This document shows positions 44,824-50,353 of a stretch of DNA of 50,353 nucleotides, piece after piece (within the stretch, counting starts at the first letter, position 1; every line of letters begins with the position of its first letter). The stretch covers positions 1 to 50,353 of the forward strand of contig JAJRVN010000026.1 in the NCBI GenBank assembly GCA_024277325.1, read 5' to 3'. Position numbers and translations under genes: made by a program. Source of the stretch: Patescibacteria group bacterium. GTDB lineage: Bacteria; Patescibacteriota; Microgenomatia; JAADGY01. Under the pieces are notes generated by a model that did no database searches, was not told the DNA's origin, and was given only the letters and a program-made list of their open reading frames with translations.

Positions 44824-45979
44824 ATCCAAGGCTGTTATTATTTTGCCTACGTATAACGAAAAAGAAAACGTCGAAACTTTAATACCTCTATTGTTTGACC
44901 AGGTCTTGCCGGAAATAAAAAACTGGCAGATTAAGGTTTTGGTTGTTGACGATAACTCTCCGGACGGAACGGCGGAAACGGTCAAGGCTTTGCAACAAAA
45001 ATATCCTTCTTTAAATCTGATAATGGGCCAAAAACAAGGTCTGGGCAAGGCTTATTTTAAAGGTATGAACTACGCTGTTAAAAAGTGTCAGCCACAGGTT
45101 TTAATCCAGATGGATGCGGACCTGTCCCACAATCCCAAGTTATTGACCGCGATGTTGGATAAGATCGATTTAGGCTATGATTTGGTTATCGGCAACCGCT
45201 ACATCAAAGGCGGCTCAGTACCCGATGATTGGGGTCTAAAGCGTAAGTTTTTATCCTTTATTGGCAACTTAACCGCCTCTTTGTTTTTATTTAATTGGCG
45301 GGTCAAAGATTGGACAACGGGTTATCGAGCTATAAAAACCAAGGTTTTTGAGGCGCTTAAGAAGGAAATGGATAAAAAAGAATTCAACGGTTATACGTGG
45401 CAGATTGCTTTTTTGAACAAGAGCCTTCAGCATAATTTTAAGGTCGGTTTTGTACCTTTGAACTTTATAGACCGGCGGATAGGCGAGTCAAAATTAGGAT
45501 CAGAATATATCGTCAACACTTTATTTTATTTAATTACTGACATAATCAAGAACCCGCCCCGCTTTTATCGGTTTGCTTTGATCGGCTTTTTTGGCTTTTT
45601 AGTTAACTTCTTTGGCTTAGCCTTTTTTGCTTATTTAATCAAAGATAATTGGCCCAGCCTTTCGGTTGGGATACGAAACACCATAGCCAATAGCATCGCC
45701 GCCGAACTTTCCATCATCTCCAATTTTATCTTCAATAACATCTGGACTTTCCATGACCGCAAATTAGTTGAAGCCAAGGAGATTGTTTCCCAATTTGTCA
45801 AATTTAACTTGTCCTCATTCACCACTGGAATTTTAGTGCCGTCATTGATTATCGGTTTGGGCACTTTAATCCTTGGCGACCAATACCGCCAGCTGATATT
45901 GGTTCTGGTAATTGCTTTTTTTACAGTCCCGGCCAATTATATTATTTACAATCGCTTCATTTGGAGAAATAAAACATAA
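44807..45979 (+). CDS. polyprenyl-phosphate glycosyltransferase (GT2, DPM1/GtrB/ArnC-like) fused to a GtrA-like 4-TM domain
   Basis: ILPTYNEKEN, VVDDNSPDGT and DADLSH GT-A motifs, followed by a C-terminal ~130-aa four-helix GtrA-like region. Confidence 0.8.
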   Translation: MSMTSKSKAVIILPTYNEKENVETLIPLLFDQVLPEIKNWQIKVLVVDDNSPDGTAETVKALQQKYPSLNLIMGQKQGLGKAYFKGMNYAVKKCQPQVLIQMDADLSHNPKLLTAMLDKIDLGYDLVIGNRYIKGGSVPDDWGLKRKFLSFIGNLTASLFLFNWRVKDWTTGYRAIKTKVFEALKKEMDKKEFNGYTWQIAFLNKSLQHNFKVGFVPLNFIDRRIGESKLGSEYIVNTLFYLITDIIKNPPRFYRFALIGFFGFLVNFFGLAFFAYLIKDNWPSLSVGIRNTIANSIAAELSIISNFIFNNIWTFHDRKLVEAKEIVSQFVKFNLSSFTTGILVPSLIIGLGTLILGDQYRQLILVLVIAFFTVPANYIIYNRFIWRNKT

Positions 45980-46293
45980 CATGCCTATCTTTAAGCAAGA
46001 ATCAGAGGTGAAGTTATTTGGTATGACCGTAAGTGAATTGGAAGCTTATGCTAGAAGTAAAATTGAACTGCCACCAGAGAATCTGATGATTTTTACCAAC
46101 GCTTGATTGAAGCACTGTTTGAAATACTAGGGACAGGCATGTATTTAAACAGAGAACTTTAGTTGTATCTTTAGCTGCCAACTGGGCCAGGGAAACACTA
46201 CAAACCTTAAAAGAAATAGAAGCAGGGCGAAAAGAAGAGGAAAGACGTCGCCTTGAGTCATCTAGAAGATGGGCTGGCGAAATAAAATAGCTT

Positions 46294-48912
46294 CTATTTC
46301 TTCTTCTTAAAAATATATTTATCGTCTTTATAATCAACCACTATTGTATCGCCTGGCTTGAATTTATTGGCGATTAATTGTTTGGAAATGGCGTTTTCGA
46401 CTTCCTTTTGGATGGTGCGCTTGAGAGGTCTGGCTCCAAAGGTTGGTTCAAATCCTTGTTTAGCTAAGGCTTTGATAGCTTTTTGGCTGACTTCCAGCTT
46501 AATATTTTGACCGTGCAATAACCGTTTGGTTGATTCCAACAATAGATCAACGATAGCCTCGATATGCTTTTGACTTAGTGCATGAAAGACGATGATCTCA
46601 TCGATTCGATTAAGAAACTCAGGTTTAAAGTATGATTTTAAAAGATCCATTAATTTGGTTTTTAACTCATCAAATTTGTCAGGAGTTTCAGCATATTCTT
46701 GGATTAGCGATGATCCTATGTTTGATGTGGCGATAATGATAGTATTTTTAAAATCAACAGTTTTACCATGATTGTCAGTTAATCGGCCATCATCCAAAAG
46801 CTGGAGCAAGATATTGAAAACCTCAGGATGAGCCTTCTCGATCTCATCAAGAAGAATAACAGCGTACGGTTGTCGCCTGACGGCTTCAGTTAGTTTGCCA
46901 CCTTCTTCGTAGCCAACATAACCGGGAGGAGATCCTATTAAACGAGAAACGGTATGCTTCTCCATAAACTCACTCATGTCTATTCTAATCATATGGTCTT
47001 CTGAGCCAAACAGAACCTCGGCCAGGGTTTTAGCCAGTTCAGTTTTGCCGACCCCGGTTGGCCCCAGGAACAAGAAGGATCCGATCGGTCGGTTGGGGTC
47101 TTTAAGACCAGCCCTGGCTCGGCGGATGGCTTCGGCCACGGCGGTAACGGCCTCATCTTGGCCGACTATGCGCTCATGCATAACCTTTTCTAGTTTTAAT
47201 AACTTGTCTTTCTCTTCTTGGGTTAATTGCTTTACCGGTATGCCGGTTAACTTGGAAACGATGGTGGCAATGTTGTCAACAGTGACTACCGGAGTATCAC
47301 TGCCTTTTTGCCGATTCCAGTCTTCCAGAGCTTTGTTTTTTTCAGTCTCTAGTTTTTTGATTTGTCGCTTGAACTCTTCAGCTTTACCGTAATCTCTAGC
47401 AGATGAGGCGGACTCCAACTCTCTCTTTAACTTGGCCAACTTTTTATCCAAATCTCTTATTTCCCTTGGCTTAGTGGTAAAACGAAGCCTGACCATAGCT
47501 GCAGCTTGATCGATAAGATCAATGGCTTTATCAGGCAGATACCTAGATTGGACGTACCTATCAGATAATTCAGCGGCAGCAACAATGGCTTGTTTGTCTA
47601 TCTTGACACGGTGGTGGGCTTCATAACGGTCTTTTAGACCGTTTAAGATTTCAATGGTCTCTTCTACACTGGGTTCTTTTATCAAAACTATCTGAAATCG
47701 CCTTTCTAAGGCCGCATCTTTTTCTATATACTTGCGGTATTCATCAAGAGTTGTGGCGCCAATTAAATGAAGATCACCCCGGGCTAAAGCCGGTTTGATC
47801 ATATTGGAAGCATCGACGGCACCTTCAGATCCGCCGGCGCCGACCAAAGTGTGAATTTCGTCGATGAAAATGATTAATTGATCGGAGTTTTTGGTAATCT
47901 CGTCAATGATTTTTTTGAACCTGTCTTCAAACTCGCCTCGATATTTAGTTCCGGCTACGACACTGCCGACATCCAAAGCGACAACCCTTTTATCTTGTAG
48001 ATTCTCCGGAACGTCTTTTTGAATAATTCTTTGGGCCAAGCCTTCAACAATGGCGGTTTTGCCGACTCCGGGTTCTCCAACCAAGACCGGATTGTTTTTG
48101 GTTCTGCGAGATAAGATCTCAATAACTGTCTCAACTTCATCTTCTCGGCCAATAACCGGATCAAGTTTGCCTTTTTTAGCTTCTTGAGTTAAGTCACGAG
48201 AATATTTATCCAAGGTTGGGGTTTGGCTGGTTGTTTTGATCTTGCCCTCTTTACCGACTTTTTTTAAGACAACCGTCCTTAGTTTTGTATGAGATAAACC
48301 GGCTTTTTTAAGGATTTGAGCGGCTAGGCCTTCATCTTCCCTGATCAGGGCCAAAAGCAAGTGCTCCGGGCCGATGTATGACTTGCCCAGTTCTTGAGAT
48401 TCTTTAAAGGCTAATTCGAAGATGAGTTTGGTTCTGGGTGATAATTCTGGTATTTCATTATCTTTTAAAGCTTCTTTTTTGCTCCTTTTTAATTCCTTCT
48501 CAGCTAAACTTTTCAAGGTATTAACCTCTGATTTGGCAGCCTTAATAACTTCTTCGACTACTTCATTGTTTAAAAGGGCCAAGAGAAGATGCTCGCTATT
48601 TAACATCCGAGAGCCATTTTGCTTAGCGATATTGATAGCCTCAGCTATTGTTTTTTTGCTGTCGTCCGAAAAATATTCTGTAATATCTATCTGCCTTACA
48701 TGAGGTTGATATGTTTCTTGGTTTGGCCTGAAACCTTCATCAAAGTTGTCTAACAAGCCGCCAAAAAAATCATCAAATAAGGAGAAGCTGTGGCTGCTGC
48801 CTCTGATTTGAGCAGCGCAAAAAGAACATAGATCCAAAGTTTGTCTTTGACCATTTCGAATGACGGTTAGCCGAGTAGTAGCTGGTCTGAGATTGCATTT
48901 TTGGCATAGCAC
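46294..48912 (-). CDS. clpC: ClpC-type AAA+ chaperone ATPase with N-terminal McsA-like zinc finger
   Basis: GTG start 6 nt after AAGGAGG. CQKC...CSFC finger, two Clp_N repeats (EHLLLAL twice), two AAA+ modules (GEPGVGKT and GPTGVGKT), and a short UVR-type middle domain. Confidence 0.9.
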   Translation of the reverse strand: MLCQKCNLRPATTRLTVIRNGQRQTLDLCSFCAAQIRGSSHSFSLFDDFFGGLLDNFDEGFRPNQETYQPHVRQIDITEYFSDDSKKTIAEAINIAKQNGSRMLNSEHLLLALLNNEVVEEVIKAAKSEVNTLKSLAEKELKRSKKEALKDNEIPELSPRTKLIFELAFKESQELGKSYIGPEHLLLALIREDEGLAAQILKKAGLSHTKLRTVVLKKVGKEGKIKTTSQTPTLDKYSRDLTQEAKKGKLDPVIGREDEVETVIEILSRRTKNNPVLVGEPGVGKTAIVEGLAQRIIQKDVPENLQDKRVVALDVGSVVAGTKYRGEFEDRFKKIIDEITKNSDQLIIFIDEIHTLVGAGGSEGAVDASNMIKPALARGDLHLIGATTLDEYRKYIEKDAALERRFQIVLIKEPSVEETIEILNGLKDRYEAHHRVKIDKQAIVAAAELSDRYVQSRYLPDKAIDLIDQAAAMVRLRFTTKPREIRDLDKKLAKLKRELESASSARDYGKAEEFKRQIKKLETEKNKALEDWNRQKGSDTPVVTVDNIATIVSKLTGIPVKQLTQEEKDKLLKLEKVMHERIVGQDEAVTAVAEAIRRARAGLKDPNRPIGSFLFLGPTGVGKTELAKTLAEVLFGSEDHMIRIDMSEFMEKHTVSRLIGSPPGYVGYEEGGKLTEAVRRQPYAVILLDEIEKAHPEVFNILLQLLDDGRLTDNHGKTVDFKNTIIIATSNIGSSLIQEYAETPDKFDELKTKLMDLLKSYFKPEFLNRIDEIIVFHALSQKHIEAIVDLLLESTKRLLHGQNIKLEVSQKAIKALAKQGFEPTFGARPLKRTIQKEVENAISKQLIANKFKPGDTIVVDYKDDKYIFKKKK

Positions 48913-48957
48913 CTTAAGCCTCCTTTGGTTTGCTTAATTTAATTGAAACTTTAACTA

Positions 48958-48986
48958 AATTTAACACACAAATGATTAAAAATCAA
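48958..48986 (-). promoter_or_regulatory. putative clpC promoter (TTGATT, 17 nt, TGtTAAATT)
   Basis: On the minus strand, -35 TTGATT is at 48981-48986 and the extended -10 TGT-TAAATT at 48958-48966. A ~40-nt leader follows, with AAGGAGG at 48919-48925. Confidence 0.5.
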
Positions 48987-49010
48987 GCACTCTAATTGTA
49001 AGAGTGCTAA
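48984..49010. promoter_or_regulatory. CIRCE element (HrcA operator-type inverted repeat) upstream of clpC; may double as terminator hairpin of the upstream gene
   Basis: Minus strand reads TTAGCACTC-TTACAATTA-GAGTGCTTG against consensus TTAGCACTC-N9-GAGTGCTAA, 16 of 18 positions. The 8-bp stem is 48986-48993 with 49001-49008, followed on the minus strand by TGATTTTT. Confidence 0.65.
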
Positions 49011-50353
49011 ATTAGGCGATAGATCATTCGCAAAGTTGGATAAAAATCTCTTTGGTAAAAGGTAAAATCAGGATCGGAAGCGCTCAAGCTGTTTAATTTA
49101 TTGTCAATAAACTCAAGCTCTTGGATGATGTAGGGTTGGATTTGACTTGTGAGTTGGGCTTTGATTTGGTTAATTAATTTTTGATTGCGCTTGCTTAAGC
49201 GTTTGGCAAGGTTAATGTACCGGGAAGAATACAGTGGTGTGGCAGAGTTGATTTTGAGCAAAATTGAGTCTATTTGGTTTAGATAATCCAAAAACTTGAA
49301 GCTATCGTTTTGGTTCATCTTGGCAGCATAAGCAAAACCGGCAGCTTTAAAATAGCTTAATTTGTTTTTAACCAATCGAAGATAAATTGTTCTTCTTTGG
49401 TTAAACCGCTTGCTTAAATTCAGATAGCGCTTGATCGACCTGAGATAGTAGCTTAAGCGCCGATTAGTTTTTACACTTGGCAAACCCTCGATCTGCTTAA
49501 TCAAATAAAGAATTTGTTCTTCTTCAGACAGAGAGCTGTTTTTAAGTTCAAGATAAGTTTGGTTTGGAGAAAAATCATATGTATAACTTATAGTTTGGCC
49601 GTTAACGATTGATCCGGCTTGGGTTTGCCATGACACTTCACCGGAGTTTAGGCCTAAACCTATGTCTAGCTTGTAGTCGCCGTCATCATAACCAATTAAA
49701 TTGATTTTGAATTGTTTATCACTGTTAAGACCTGGAATAACTAGGAGTTGATCATCTTCATCGTAATAGACAGTTTGATTGTTGCCATTATAACCATATG
49801 TGTGGCCAGCTTCGTCTACAACTTGAAGATAAACTGGCGAGTGGACGAAAAAGAGGATGGAACTTCGATAAGTACCGGCCAATAAAGGTTGATTGATGAT
49901 TGAAGAGGTGGATAAATTAAGATCATCTAATATTTTAGAGATCGATTGATTAGTTGATATGGTTTCTAAATGAGATTGGTTTTCAAGTTGGTATTGAGTT
50001 TGAGGGGTGTAATACCCAGCACTTGAAGCTAAAACAGTTCCATCACCCTGGGAACTAGTGATTTGCTTAATTATGTGACCGTCTGGCCAGCGATTATTAA
50101 GTTTATCCCAATAATCAATTTGGCCATCAACCGTAATTTTATCTAAGGTTGTTTTACCGGTGCCATAAAACGGGTTGATATTGTTTGGAAAACTCAATTG
50201 GCTCAGCCAATTATTGATAAAAGCATATTGATTAGCAGGTAGATATTGATTGTTTGAATTTAATAGATACGGATAAGCAGGTAACAGATCTTTTATTACT
50301 GGAGCCAGAGATCTTATTGTATTTAACCGGGAACCATATCGAGGTTGGTTTAA
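49007..50353 (-). CDS. hypothetical (probably secreted) protein, 5'-partial at window edge
   Basis: The frame stays open from the listed TTG at 50197 to base 50353 (52 more codons with no stop). The helical C-terminal half is rich in basic residues. Stop TAG at 49007-49009. Confidence 0.5.
   Translation of the reverse strand, partial: LNQPRYGSRLNTIRSLAPVIKDLLPAYPYLLNSNNQYLPANQYAFINNWLSQLSFPNNINPFYGTGKTTLDKITVDGQIDYWDKLNNRWPDGHIIKQITSSQGDGTVLASSAGYYTPQTQYQLENQSHLETISTNQSISKILDDLNLSTSSIINQPLLAGTYRSSILFFVHSPVYLQVVDEAGHTYGYNGNNQTVYYDEDDQLLVIPGLNSDKQFKINLIGYDDGDYKLDIGLGLNSGEVSWQTQAGSIVNGQTISYTYDFSPNQTYLELKNSSLSEEEQILYLIKQIEGLPSVKTNRRLSYYLRSIKRYLNLSKRFNQRRTIYLRLVKNKLSYFKAAGFAYAAKMNQNDSFKFLDYLNQIDSILLKINSATPLYSSRYINLAKRLSKRNQKLINQIKAQLTSQIQPYIIQELEFIDNKLNSLSASDPDFTFYQRDFYPTLRMIYRLI

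Noticed and set aside
11141-47392. Many 60-140-aa antisense or out-of-frame ORFs inside long conserved genes. Examples: 11194-11622(-), 13024-13263(-), 20813-21130(-), 21449-21766(-), 24292-24555(+), 31131-31439(+), 31486-31863(-), 38465-38833(-), 43854-44147(-), 44734-45048(-), 45631-45936(-), 46976-47392(+).
   Set aside because: Each lies wholly within a gene that has strong family motifs on the other strand or frame. Their translations are low-complexity and carry no recognisable motif. This is typical shadow-ORF behaviour.
1-50353. Alternative genetic code (UGA=Gly as in Gracilibacteria/SR1, or stop-codon reassignment) as the explanation for the in-frame stops
   Set aside because: TGA cleanly terminates several well-defined genes (8458-8460, 10937-10939, 39963-39965, 41498-41500, 43862-43864). 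TAG and TAA terminate many others. An intact RF2 with SPF and GGQ motifs is encoded at 33768-34847. No conserved gene needs TGA read-through.
1-50353. CRISPR arrays, rRNA genes, insertion sequences, prophage or defence-system genes
   Set aside because: No spaced direct-repeat array was seen by eye. No rRNA-like conserved blocks were seen. No transposase, integrase, recombinase, restriction, toxin-antitoxin or Cas-like protein motif appears in any listed ORF.

Overview
AT-rich, gene-dense and mostly housekeeping bacterial segment: about 52 protein genes and 4 tRNA genes (Cys-GCA, Gln-CUG, Glu-UUC, Glu-CUC). I saw no rRNA, CRISPR array, transposase, integrase or phage genes. Recognisable content falls into six groups. 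(1) Proteostasis: htpX-lemA, lon, clpC-like. (2) Translation and RNA: gltX, aspS, prfB, era, thiI, queG, cca, LigT-like. (3) DNA: rmuC, recJ, nfo, tdk. (4) Envelope and division: ftsEX plus an M23 peptidase, a PBP5-type carboxypeptidase, a MacAB-like efflux set, and a GldAFG-like ABC set with a DUF4340-like protein. (5) A nucleotide-sugar / polyprenyl-phosphate glycosyltransferase cluster: galE, nudix, ugd, gmd-like, uxs-like, GT2-GtrA fusion. (6) Several lineage-specific secreted or membrane proteins, including a dockerin-tagged repeat protein, a membrane-anchored cohesin-like protein and a double lamin-tail-domain protein. Trimmed housekeeping proteins, tRNA genes mostly lacking encoded CCA, and many orphan membrane proteins fit a reduced-genome Patescibacteria/CPR-like organism; this is inference only. 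TGA, TAG and TAA all serve as ordinary stops and RF2 is present, so the genetic code looks standard. No obvious novel multi-gene system such as a defence island was found. The observations most worth a second look are: (a) single in-frame stop codons in two otherwise intact conserved genes, TAG in queG and TAA at codon 15 of aspS; (b) CIRCE (HrcA-operator) type inverted repeats in front of the clpC-like gene and, as a variant, over the lon promoter; (c) a regular -10 box, 6 nt, ATG layout at most transcription-unit starts, implying widespread leaderless mRNAs, including two overlapping divergent promoters in the 17-bp recJ/cca gap; (d) an apparently circularly permuted M23/LytM domain in the FtsEX-linked coiled-coil peptidase; (e) a ClpC-type ATPase with a McsA-like zinc finger at its N-terminus and no visible ClpP-docking tripeptide; (f) a bacterial-type AspRS lacking the insertion domain; (g) a cohesin/dockerin pair; (h) a duplicated tRNA-Glu-plus-promoter module bracketing an orphan membrane gene, next to an unexplained GC-rich hairpin. 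All family assignments rest on motifs read by eye and remembered consensus sequences. No searches or computations were run.
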